Virus record (IMG/VR): IMGVR_UViG_3300032272_000002
Span: 1-64,000 of that record
DNA: 64,000 bases
Strand: one strand, 5' to 3'
Source: a virus
Position 1 is the stretch's first letter. Each line of letters begins with the position of its first letter. Of this stretch, positions 31,459-40,252 are shown one piece after another. The notes beneath the pieces were generated by a model. It was not told the DNA's origin and made no database searches. It worked only from the letters and a program-made list of their open reading frames with translations. The position numbers and the translations under genes were made by a program.

Positions 31459-31772
31459 TCGCATTTTGGGAGTATGATGTCTTTCCCTACTGTTTATGGG
31501 GCGAGGTCAAAGAGATTGGTCCTGACAAAATGGAAGGGGCTTATGTCAAGATCAAAGGGTACGACGGCATGGCTTTTCGCAAGAGTAGTATTATTGCTAT
31601 TGTATCTAAAGAAGAAGCGGATCCGATTATTGATATGCTAGGAAGGCAAATCGATATCTGGGAAGGCGTCAAGAGACAGCTACGAGAGAAGTCGGACATA
31701 ATCCTGGAAAAACTACCTAAGCCTCGCTGGAATCTTCTTCTCGACGATCATAAGGTAGAGGGAGCCCTCTAA
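31455..31772 (+). CDS. hypothetical protein with HKVEGAL tag variant
   Basis: Ends DHKVEGAL*. Confidence 0.65.
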   Translation: MIAFWEYDVFPYCLWGEVKEIGPDKMEGAYVKIKGYDGMAFRKSSIIAIVSKEEADPIIDMLGRQIDIWEGVKRQLREKSDIILEKLPKPRWNLLLDDHKVEGAL

Positions 31773-31876
31773 CATACCCTTTACAAAGTAGCACTTGACG
31801 ATCACTCCTGGCGTGATAACATATAGTGTCAAACGGGCAGCAAAGCCCACCAATTCACCAATCACAGACTAGTATT

Positions 31877-33388
31877 ATGAGCAAGCAAGAACTTACGGTC
31901 AACGACCAACTCCTCGACAAGTACATCGGTGCTGGCTTCAACGTCATGTTCCACGGCAAGCACGGTGTTGGCAAAACTCACATGGTCCTGGCCGCTTTTG
32001 AGCGGGCCAACCTCAACTTCATGTATTTCTCGGCTGCCACGATGGATCCGTGGATCGACTTCATCGGCGTCCCCCGCGAAATGGAGGATGACAAAGGTGC
32101 GTACCTTGAACTGGTGCGTCCCAAGGCCCTCCGCGACGATACCGTCGAAGCCATCTTCCTGGACGAGTACAACCGTGCCCCCAAGAAGATCCGGAACGCA
32201 GTCATGGAATTGATCCAATTCAAGTCCATTAACGGACATCACTTCCCCAACCTCAAGGTGATCTGGACCGCTGTTAACCCTGACGACGGCAACTACGACA
32301 CCGAAGGCATGGACGACGCCCAGAAGGACCGCTTCCAGGCCCACGTCGAAGTGCCGTTCAAGCCCGACCCCAAGTACTTCGCCCGCAAGTTCGGTGAAGA
32401 CGTGGCTGAGGCTGCCGTCGCATGGTGGAAGGCTCTTTCGCCCGATGTCCAACCGAAGGTCTCTCCTCGCCGCCTGGACTACGCTCTGGAGGCGTACAAC
32501 ATGGGCATCGAGCTTCGTGGTGCGATCCTGCCGAAAGCGGCCAACGTGTCGAAGCTCGTTGAGGATCTCTCCAAGGGTCCTGCGGAACGCCGCTTCAACC
32601 AGCTTTTGAACAGCAAAAAGCGTAAGCCGATGCAGGAGTTTCTGTCGGACGAAAACAACTTTGCTGATCTAGAAAAGGTCATCGCCGGTTCTGATACTGC
32701 TATCGAATTCTGCGTGAGTCTTCTGGCTCCGGAGAAGCAGCAGGTCATGATTACCCGCTACCCCAAGGTCCAGAACTACGTGTTCGCCAACCCTGGCTCG
32801 TTCTGGGATCTGATCGAGCGTGTCTCTCAAGACGGTCAGAACAAAGACATGAAAGATAGGGCGACTGCTATCGTGGATGCCCGCGAACGTCGTCAGCAAG
32901 CCTTCGGTGCCGGTAACGACCCTTTTGCTAGTGAAAAGAAGAACGTCAGCAAGTACAATGCTGATGCTCTTGGTGACTCCATCGAACTGGCCGACAATTT
33001 CTCTGGCCGCAACGTTCATATTGGTGCAACTCGCACCTCTACGGACATCGATCCGCAGACCGTTCTGAATGCACAAACCACTCAGCAACGCATGCCGATT
33101 CTCACGACGGACCTTCCGGATTGTGTGTCGGTCAACATGGAGCAGCACGAAGCAGTTTATGCTCTGCAAATCCTCGACTACATCGCGGCTCGCTCGCAAG
33201 AGACGACCATCACCAAGAGTCCTGATATCGATAGGACTATCAATACTGTGATCCTGGCGATCCAAAATCACTCGCCCAACATCACGGTCAAAGATCTGGC
33301 CGAAGTGGCTCCCTACGTCATGACGAAGATCGTTCCGGTTCTCGTCAACCAAGTACGCCACGGAGAGTTTGTCTTCGGACGGAAGTAA
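31877..33388 (+). CDS. MoxR-like AAA+ ATPase
   Basis: GKHGVGKT, IFLDEYNRA, TAVNP, DRF, VSPRRL. Confidence 0.88.
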   Translation: MSKQELTVNDQLLDKYIGAGFNVMFHGKHGVGKTHMVLAAFERANLNFMYFSAATMDPWIDFIGVPREMEDDKGAYLELVRPKALRDDTVEAIFLDEYNRAPKKIRNAVMELIQFKSINGHHFPNLKVIWTAVNPDDGNYDTEGMDDAQKDRFQAHVEVPFKPDPKYFARKFGEDVAEAAVAWWKALSPDVQPKVSPRRLDYALEAYNMGIELRGAILPKAANVSKLVEDLSKGPAERRFNQLLNSKKRKPMQEFLSDENNFADLEKVIAGSDTAIEFCVSLLAPEKQQVMITRYPKVQNYVFANPGSFWDLIERVSQDGQNKDMKDRATAIVDARERRQQAFGAGNDPFASEKKNVSKYNADALGDSIELADNFSGRNVHIGATRTSTDIDPQTVLNAQTTQQRMPILTTDLPDCVSVNMEQHEAVYALQILDYIAARSQETTITKSPDIDRTINTVILAIQNHSPNITVKDLAEVAPYVMTKIVPVLVNQVRHGEFVFGRK

Positions 33389-33474
33389 GAAAGTCTGAAT
33401 TGGTGACTTGCCTACCACGCTTCGGCGTGGTAGGCTTCATCTGTATTCGAAGGACCTAACCAAAGAACAAAGCA

Positions 33475-34899
33475 ATGGCTACATACGAAGAATTCGAAGA
33501 TATCGCCCCTGGGCTGGAACGCTGGCACGGACTGTTCAGCCAGTTCTGGTCAATGGGTGCTCCCCGCTTCACCAGGAAAATCCCCACGGCAGCCGTGGCC
33601 TTCAATAAGAAGGGTCAATACGCGGAGTTCCTGTTCAATCCGGAATTTTGGGATCAAATGTCCCCGACCGCTCGCGAGTTCATTGTCTGCCACGAATGTC
33701 TGCACGTTCTGTATGAGCACGGACTTCGCATGGTCAACGCTGAGCAGAAGCAGGTTGCCAACCTCGCCATGGACGTGGTAGTAAACCACTCACTAATCGA
33801 CAACTTCGGATTCACCCACGAAGATCTCGACTGCGACGTTCGTTTCGACGATCAACCGGAAGATTCTGAAACAAAAACTCTCGATGAAGTCCTTATCTGG
33901 AAGGACAAAATGTACGAGAAACCGGACGAGATCGCTGACAACGAAACGTTCGAATATTACTATCGCAAGCTCATGGAGCGTGTCGATGAAATGATTAAGA
34001 ATGGAGAAATCTCCACGGACGGCAACGGCATCCCGATCTCCATGCCCGGTAGCGGTAGCGGCTCTCCTCTGGACGAGCAGACGATTGACTCTCACGAATT
34101 CATGGAGGGTGGATCGGGTACGCAGGCCGGTGAGGATGAAGACGAAGATGGAAGCGGCTCAGGCGATTCAGAGGATATCGACGGCGAGCCTGACAAGGGT
34201 CTCGAAGGTCTTGAGCAACTGCCGGATGAAGTCGTCGATGATATGGTTGACGAAATCCGTCGTCAGCTTAATCCTGATGAAAACTCCCAAATGACCAAGG
34301 CCGGTGTCGGTCGCGGTGACAAGGTTTACAAGGTGCGTTTTGCCAAGAAGAAGGCTCTCCAGAAATGGGAAAAGCTAGTTCAAATGTGGACTGCCTCTGG
34401 CGAGGCACCCGACGACGTTTGGACCCGCAAGCACCGTCGTCACCACATGCTTCCGCCTCAATTCATGATGCCCTCCGAGCATGAGGAAGAGACCGAGAAC
34501 GCCAAGGTCAACGTGTGGTTTTTCCAGGACATTTCCGGTTCCTGCACGTCCTACCTGGACGACTTCTACAACGCCGCTCGCACCTTCCCTGAGCACTTCT
34601 TCCAGCTTCGCATGTTCGGCTTTGATACAGGAGTTATCGAGGTCGATCCAAAGAACCCGAATCTCCGGGCTGGCGGCGGCACCTGCTTCCGCTGCATCGA
34701 GGATGCTATTCAGCAGAAAATGAAGACGACCGGCTGCCGCTACCCTGATGCGGTGTTCGTCTTCACTGACGGATGCGGCACAGACGTTTCCCCACAATAC
34801 CCTGACCGCTGGCACTGGTTCCTGGAAGGCCACTACCAGAGCGAGCACAACATCCCGAAGGAAAGTAGTCGCTACCAACTCAAGGACTTTGTGAAATGA
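33475..34899 (+). CDS. metallopeptidase-like plus VWA domain protein (DUF2201-like), MoxR partner
   Basis: HECLH, NLAMDVVVN, MIDAS DISGS, GGGTCF, VFTDG. Confidence 0.85.
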   Translation: MATYEEFEDIAPGLERWHGLFSQFWSMGAPRFTRKIPTAAVAFNKKGQYAEFLFNPEFWDQMSPTAREFIVCHECLHVLYEHGLRMVNAEQKQVANLAMDVVVNHSLIDNFGFTHEDLDCDVRFDDQPEDSETKTLDEVLIWKDKMYEKPDEIADNETFEYYYRKLMERVDEMIKNGEISTDGNGIPISMPGSGSGSPLDEQTIDSHEFMEGGSGTQAGEDEDEDGSGSGDSEDIDGEPDKGLEGLEQLPDEVVDDMVDEIRRQLNPDENSQMTKAGVGRGDKVYKVRFAKKKALQKWEKLVQMWTASGEAPDDVWTRKHRRHHMLPPQFMMPSEHEEETENAKVNVWFFQDISGSCTSYLDDFYNAARTFPEHFFQLRMFGFDTGVIEVDPKNPNLRAGGGTCFRCIEDAIQQKMKTTGCRYPDAVFVFTDGCGTDVSPQYPDRWHWFLEGHYQSEHNIPKESSRYQLKDFVK

Positions 34900-35256
34900 G
34901 AATTCGTACGCACGCCGAGGTCAACGTTCAATACTCTATTACCTATAAAAAGAGAAAGTACCATTACAACTATCAATTCGTCACCCATGGCGGCGAGTTG
35001 CGGTTCCGGGGACTTAGCGTTGGCCACTACGGCGTGGTACATGATTTTCAAAAAACCACTGGACGCGACTGGAATGAGGTGGTATTCTTGTATCCTGGCA
35101 TGCAGAAGAACGTCGCCCACGACAAGTCGTACGGGCAGCCTGTTCTAAAGGTCAGCGACCTACCTCCCGACATTCGGGATATCACCAAGAGAAAAGACCT
35201 AGTAATTCCTGAGGCTGTGAAAGAAGCCGCCCAACGCAAAGTAAAATTAACAGTAA

Positions 35257-35862
35257 GTGATGAATTCGCAAAACGATAAAGTAGACAGATATCTTGGCAG
35301 GGTGTACGAATCCCTGCCGGAAGCTGGCGTACAGTTTGCCCAGATTCCTTGGGCTCTCATATCACTGGCGACCTTTGGCTTGGGCATGTGGACACTGTAC
35401 GGAGGCGGCCCCGAAAGGGGGCTCACGTCGGCCCACGCACTACTCTGGGTTTTCATTGTGCTCGACGGCATCATGCTGTCTATTCTGGCACTAGCGTCCT
35501 TCGGGCACGCCTTTATCTCTGCAAAAGACCCGGTTGCGGGAGATAAGGTCCTATTTACTAGCGAATACAGGTCAAATTGGCTGAGTAAGTTTACTTCCTA
35601 CACTGATGCACCGTTGATGCTTGTTTTAGCAGTCCTGGCGTCCTGGCCAGTAGCTATCTTTGCCCTCTCTCTCCTGCTGGGTGCAGAGTGGATGGGAAAG
35701 TATATCCATAAGAACAACAAGCAGGAACGTCGAAATGAATTGGCAAAAATGGATGAGGCCGAGCTTCACGCACTCTTCGCTACTGATGAAGAGGAAGAGG
35801 CTGTTGGCAGGGATATTGACGATCTGTTGAAAGAATTTGAGAACTTTCAGGGGGATCTCTAA
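35257..35862 (+). CDS. multi-pass membrane protein
   Basis: Three to four hydrophobic helices and an acidic tail. Confidence 0.65.
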   Translation: MMNSQNDKVDRYLGRVYESLPEAGVQFAQIPWALISLATFGLGMWTLYGGGPERGLTSAHALLWVFIVLDGIMLSILALASFGHAFISAKDPVAGDKVLFTSEYRSNWLSKFTSYTDAPLMLVLAVLASWPVAIFALSLLLGAEWMGKYIHKNNKQERRNELAKMDEAELHALFATDEEEEAVGRDIDDLLKEFENFQGDL

Positions 35863-35879
35863 GAAAATCCGGAAAAGTG

Positions 35880-35908
35880 TTGGACGTTCAGGAGATTGAG
35901 TGTATAAT
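35880..35908 (+). promoter_or_regulatory. sigma70-type promoter of the large non-coding region
   Basis: TTGGAC-17nt-TATAAT. Confidence 0.7.
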
Positions 35909-35911
35909 ACC

Positions 35912-36977
35912 CTTGTCCCCGAAGTTGTCGGGAACGTCTGATACGGAAAGTGGCCTTCCAGTAGGGGAAACAGCGGCCACACCCAGGTAAGTGAATAATT
36001 TACAAGGGCACCCTACTGAACTCGGGTCCAATGCCTTCGGGTACGATCACGGAGCGAGTCAACTCCAAAAGCAAAGCCTTTCTCGGGCCAGTCTTTGACA
36101 ACTAGGTGAAGTAAAAACGACCCCGGCTTAGTGGCCGGGGTCACCGTACACTTCTGGCTTCGGCCAGGAGCTTGACCGTGTTCTCCGGTCATAAAACCCA
36201 CGTCCTTTAGTTCGATTAACCGGGGCTGGGCACCGAAAGGTGATAGTGAAAAGCCGGTATCAACTACGCCCATACCAACGGGAAATAGAGATACTTGGTC
36301 GGTGTGGGATAGATTTCCTGGCAGAAATCGAAACCCACCAGAGGTTCGCGTTATGAGATTCCCTGCCAGGGTAATAATTCTAGTGCGTTCAGAGTGGATT
36401 TGGTTACTTATCAGAACAACGGTTATGGTCATCTTTATGATAAAAGATCCTGGGAAACTGTCCGATAGGGCAGAAAGTAACACTTTGTGTAGCAGAAAGC
36501 GTCTCTGCTCCATCCTGAAAGGGAGGGAGTGTCCCGCGAGGGGTATTTTTGAGAATGTCTCAGGCATTCAAAGAGGTACGTGCGAGCCGAGGGTGTCGAT
36601 CAACACTCCGAAGCGATCACAGAATGATGCACAATGTATCGGCTGCTGTTGGCTGCCCGAGAGGGAAACGACAGTGACGAAGCCAGTGAAGAGACTAATC
36701 TCTCGTTCACAGACCGTTTCTACCGTGCTGGTGGGGCGGGATCACTGGTGTCCAGGGCGAGATCTTGTGATAGCCTGATTACGAACACTCCGTGTTGTAG
36801 CGGATAGTGAGGGTGGCGAAAACCTCATGATGAAGTGGAGTAACTCCCATAAAAACAGCTCCTAGTCTCGGAGAGACCGGGGCGGACCCCCGTAAGTTAT
36901 CCATGGTGGAGAAAGCGTCCTTATGAAGCTAAGGCCGAGGGAAGCGTTCTACGAAGCTAAGGTAACAGTCCACCATC
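35912..36977 (+). ncRNA. large structured ncRNA candidate (GOLLD/ROOL-like size and context)
   Basis: No credible ORF; many GNRA/UUCG hairpins; sits directly ahead of the tRNA cluster. Confidence 0.6.
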
Positions 36978-37343
36978 CAACGCGGGCAGATGAGTCCCCA
37001 ATATGTTCTTGCATAGCAAGCTGAACTAGTGGTCGATAGATAAAATAAGAAGTTTTTGGGGGATCGACCCGTTGCCCGCGTTACTTTCAGGTCTGGTGAT
37101 AGTAGAAATAGATCCTTCCGTTTGATCGCGGTGTTCTATCAGAGAAGTGAAGATAACCCAATAATGGGATCCATTGGACTCCAATCCTTTTCGTACCAGA
37201 CCTTCAATGCAAACGACACTCTCGCTACGAGGCCATTTGCTTTAAATGGGCAAGGATAGCGGTCTTCTTACTGGCAATCTTTGACTAGAAAGAGATAATA
37301 CTACATCCTCTATGGAGTAAGCTGATAGGTTATCAAAGCAAGT

Positions 37344-37427
37344 TGGCTCATCGTCTAAAAATAGGACGCCCCTTATTTTATTTATATACCCAAGGGGAAA
37401 TGCAGGTGGATAATCCTGTTGAGTCAG
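37344..37427 (+). tRNA. aberrant tRNA-Glu-like element with expanded AT-rich anticodon loop
   Basis: TGGCTCA/TGAGTCA acceptor, GTCT...GGAC D arm, CCCCT/AGGGG stem, GCAGG/CCTGT T stem; no CCA. Confidence 0.5.
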
Positions 37428-37441
37428 CGTTTTAGAACAAT

Positions 37442-37568
37442 GTCCCTGTAGTGTTAATGGCAATCGATAAATGGTGGTACTGAAAACATCGATTGGGCTC
37501 GCATGCAAGCCTTAGCACGCTTCCTCGATAGGGAAGTAGAGTAGGTTCGATTCCTGCCGGGGACGCCA
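37442..37568 (+). tRNA. tRNA (loop TCGATAG, anticodon GAT) with an insertion of about 50 nt in the D loop
   Basis: GTCCCTG/CGGGGAC acceptor, CTTCC/GGAAG anticodon stem, TTCGATT T loop, CCA. Confidence 0.7.
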
Positions 37569-37718
37569 TTCACGCCTCTGGACATAAACCAGAATCACTG
37601 TCGATTGGGATAAGACGCTGGTAGTAGACCAATCCGCCAGAGGCGTTTAAAATTGGCATGGAGAGTGGAGCTTAGCGGCTTGCCTTATTAGAAATAGTCA
37701 AAACTCTCCACCGAACAT

Positions 37719-37795
37719 GCCGTATTAGTGTTCAACGGATAGCACGCCACCTTGCCATGGTGGAAGTATCGGTTCGAATCCGATATATGGTTCCA
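37719..37795 (+). tRNA. tRNA-Gly(GCC)
   Basis: CCACC-TTGCCAT-GGTGG; CCA. Confidence 0.9.
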
Positions 37796-37800
37796 ATCAC

Positions 37801-37886
37801 GGGAGTATCGCATAGCGGCTATTGCTCCAGGCTGTAACCCTGGCGTCCCTAGGACACCGTAGGTTCGAGTCCTACTGCTCCCACCA
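37801..37886 (+). tRNA. tRNA-Tyr(GTA)
   Basis: CCAGG-CTGTAAC-CCTGG; long variable arm; CCA. Confidence 0.92.
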
Positions 37887-37889
37887 ATC

Positions 37890-38234
37890 ATGAAGAAACT
37901 TATATTATGCCTCGCGATAATTCTCGGTAGCATTTGCTATCTGAGTTATACGCCTAAGCCTGAATTTGAGGCAAATATTCTTGTGGAATATACTGACTAC
38001 GAGCCTGAATTCTCGGTCCAAGCTATATTCAATCAAAATGAATCCTACTCAGTGGCCAACGTGAACGTGCGTGATGCTGACTCTGTATTAGCCTTTAGCT
38101 TCTTCAAGGTTGACGACGAGCCGTTGCCATGGGTCGTTGAAGCAATTAATATTGAAGATTCAAATGGTCTTTATCATTCGATGAAGATAACATTAGATAT
38201 CGTGGATAGTGAATTAGTCATTATAAAAAACTGA
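37890..38234 (+). CDS. exported or membrane-anchored protein
   Basis: MKKLILCLAIILG signal. Confidence 0.6.
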   Translation: MKKLILCLAIILGSICYLSYTPKPEFEANILVEYTDYEPEFSVQAIFNQNESYSVANVNVRDADSVLAFSFFKVDDEPLPWVVEAINIEDSNGLYHSMKITLDIVDSELVIIKN

Positions 38235-38235
38235 A

Positions 38236-38469
38236 ATGAAGAAACTGTTAGCTTTGATTACTGTTGCCGCAATTGGCGGTATCCTCTTTTTCCAGTATTC
38301 CGCTCCTGATAATTATGAAGGTCCGCCTCTGATTGGGCCGGGGCTAGAAGCCGTCATGTGTAAAACGGGTGACGGATCTCTTGTGCAGGGATATAAGGCC
38401 GAAGATGGCACTATTGTCCACATCGTTTCCGAGGGATCCACGCACACGCACGTTCCTTGCGAGCATTAA
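38236..38469 (+). CDS. exported or membrane-anchored protein
   Basis: MKKLLALITVAAIGG signal. Confidence 0.6.
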   Translation: MKKLLALITVAAIGGILFFQYSAPDNYEGPPLIGPGLEAVMCKTGDGSLVQGYKAEDGTIVHIVSEGSTHTHVPCEH

Positions 38470-38476
38470 TTTGTAT

Positions 38477-38552
38477 GGTAGCTATAGTGTAGTGGCCTGC
38501 ACGGAAGGTTGTGAACCTTCAAGTCTCGGATCGATACCGAGTAGTTACCCCA
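38477..38552 (+). tRNA. tRNA-His(GTG)
   Basis: G-1, GAAGG-TTGTGAA-CCTTC, C73-CCA. Confidence 0.9.
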
Positions 38553-38559
38553 AAAACAC

Positions 38560-38633
38560 GGGCACGTAGCATTGTGGAATGCAGCCGCCTCTAAAACGGT
38601 AAGAAGCGAGTTTGACTCTCGTCGTGCCCTCCA
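38560..38633 (+). tRNA. amber suppressor tRNA (anticodon CTA)
   Basis: GGGCACG/CGTGCCC acceptor, GCAT/ATGC D stem, GCCGC-CTCTAAA-ACGGT, T-CCA. Confidence 0.8.
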
Positions 38634-38673
38634 TTTTCACTTGACAACCACAACCAGCGTGGTAGGGTGTAGT

Positions 38674-38952
38674 ATGCGTTACGTCACAATGGTTGGAGAT
38701 ATCATCTCCGAGCCTTTCGAATCCAAGCATGATAGACTGTGCTTCAAGCTGCGTGACCCCAATGGCTTAGATATTACCTGCTACGCCCCCTTTCAATTGG
38801 CACACCACGTCAGAGAAGGCGACTATATTATGTGCTATGGTAAGATCGTAACGACAGATGATGGTCGCATGATTGTGTCCTTGGAAGCAATACACGAAGA
38901 AGATAGACCAGTGCCCGAGCCCAACACGTTCGAGTTAGGTGGAGCCCTGTGA
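38674..38952 (+). CDS. OB-fold-like small protein with FELGGAL tag
   Basis: Beta-strand pattern (VREGDYIMCYGKI); ends NTFELGGAL*. Confidence 0.7.
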   Translation: MRYVTMVGDIISEPFESKHDRLCFKLRDPNGLDITCYAPFQLAHHVREGDYIMCYGKIVTTDDGRMIVSLEAIHEEDRPVPEPNTFELGGAL

Positions 38953-39227
38953 CAATTGGATATGTAGAAGGGCCAGTAATGTCAATAAGTTTTGGAATTG
39001 ATTATGTTGAATTTGACGTTCGTGCCATTGGGCAATTTAGCAACGCAGCTAAGCGAGTACGCTGTATCGCCCCCATTAATTTTAAAAGCGTTATAAAATT
39101 GAACAATGAAGTCAGCATCAGCGGCACAGTAGAACATGAGGACACGCCGAGCGGAGTTTTCTCACGTATTAGAGTCACCCGCGTTGAACGAGTGACTAAT
39201 GAATTTCTGCTCAGCGGAGCATTGTAG
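38949..39227 (+). CDS. OB-fold-like small protein with FLLSGAL tag
   Basis: EVSISGTVE...RIRVTRVE; ends NEFLLSGAL*. Confidence 0.7.
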   Translation: MTIGYVEGPVMSISFGIDYVEFDVRAIGQFSNAAKRVRCIAPINFKSVIKLNNEVSISGTVEHEDTPSGVFSRIRVTRVERVTNEFLLSGAL

Positions 39228-39251
39228 TGTACTATTAATTGGAGACATAAA

Positions 39252-39563
39252 ATGACCTAGACTCACTATTTTATTCTTGTTAGAAAAGATTTACCCCTCT
39301 CCCAGCAACTTGTGCAAGCCTCGCACGCAGCTTATGAAGCTGGGAAGAAAGATAGCGGCCCGGATATTTTATCTGTGGCAATGTGTGAGACACCCTCGGA
39401 AGACCAGCTACTAGCTGAGGCCGACAGGCTCGAATACTTAGGTATTAAATATACTCTCTTCCGAGAACCTGATAGAAATAACGAGGCCACCGCTCTATGT
39501 ACGGAACCTCTTTCTTCGCAGCAACGTAAGCGGCTCGCCCGCTGGAAGTTATGGGAGGTCTAA
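39252..39563 (+). CDS. Pth2-like peptidyl-tRNA hydrolase with in-frame TAG at codon 3
   Basis: GGAGA Shine-Dalgarno, then ATG ACC TAG, then THYFILVRKDLPLSQQLVQASHAA...FREPDRNNEATAL. Confidence 0.78.
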
Positions 39564-39565
39564 TC

Positions 39566-39592
39566 ATGTTGTAGACAGCAAGACCACCCTAA
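39566..39592 (+). CDS. minigene M-L-(amber)-T-A-R-P-P-stop
   Basis: GGAGG Shine-Dalgarno 7 nt upstream; ATG TTG TAG ACA GCA AGA CCA CCC TAA. Confidence 0.55.
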
Positions 39593-39654
39593 GTAATATC
39601 TGTTTCTGTTTTATTTACTGTTACACTTTAAACAAACAAAAAGAGATAGATATT

Positions 39655-39948
39655 ATGAAAGAACTGAAAGAACTAATCAAAACGCTCGCCGCCGAGCAGA
39701 TCGAATTGAAAGCTGGCCGTAAGACGGGATCGAATCCCGGCTATGAGAAACGCTGTGCATCTAATGATGCAGCCAGCAAAGTCCGTCGTAACAAGCCGAA
39801 GATTACTGCGGCACATAATCTGATGCATGAGCTTCGTGGCTCTGATTACCAGCATAACCTTCCCGATGATTGGGATTGGCTCTATTGGTACAGAAAGGAC
39901 ATGGAAGCCTTGCGTGCAGAGTTTGCGGTTGAGCCCGCAACAGAATAA
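39655..39948 (+). CDS. hypothetical protein in the Pth2/amber cluster
   Basis: Clean ORF directly after the minigene. Confidence 0.65.
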   Translation: MKELKELIKTLAAEQIELKAGRKTGSNPGYEKRCASNDAASKVRRNKPKITAAHNLMHELRGSDYQHNLPDDWDWLYWYRKDMEALRAEFAVEPATE

Positions 39949-39952
39949 GAAT

Positions 39953-40030
39953 GGCCCCATCGTCTACTGGCGTATAGGACACCTCCCTTTCAAGGAGGAG
40001 AAGAGGGATCGATACCCTCTGGGGTCACCA
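39953..40030 (+). tRNA. tRNA-Glu(TTC)
   Basis: CCTCC-CTTTCAA-GGAGG; CCA. Confidence 0.9.
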
Positions 40031-40031
40031 T

Positions 40032-40107
40032 GCCTTGCTGGTGTTTAATGGCAGCACGTTGGATTTCCAATCCAAAGGTAGGAGTTCGAGTCTCCTGCGA
40101 GGTTCCA
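40032..40107 (+). tRNA. tRNA-Gly(TCC)
   Basis: TTGGA-TTTCCAA-TCCAA; CCA. Confidence 0.9.
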
Positions 40108-40165
40108 CTTGACACACGCTGAGAGCGTGTTACTATGTAGGTGTCCTTGATAGTGACTGTTTTGA

Positions 40166-40252
40166 ATCGATATGGACAAACAACGAAAGTCGCCGGTTCA
40201 GAGCCGGTGGGGCTGCAAAAGCCTTGTGCGGGTGAGAATCCCGCTGTCGATG
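40166..40252 (+). tRNA. degenerate tRNA-Leu(CAG)-like
   Basis: ATCGATA/TGTCGAT acceptor, GCCGG-TTCAGAG-CCGGT, long variable arm, T loop TGAGAAT, no CCA. Confidence 0.55.

Noticed and set aside
5281-35862. C-termini STLQGLL (5682) and ENFQGDL (35862) as tag copies
   Set aside because: They fit G(-3)/L(-1) but deviate at -7 and -2, so they were left out of the count of 26.
36013-36778. ORFs 36013-36567 (-) and 36302-36778 (+)
   Set aside because: No recognisable motifs or initiation signals; the region is better explained as structured RNA.
37209-37259. tmRNA tag-like frame GCA AAC GAC... (ANDTLATRPFALNGQG*)
   Set aside because: No tmRNA 5' end or G3:U70 acceptor with T arm found around it, and no ALAA-type ending. 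Unresolved without ARAGORN.
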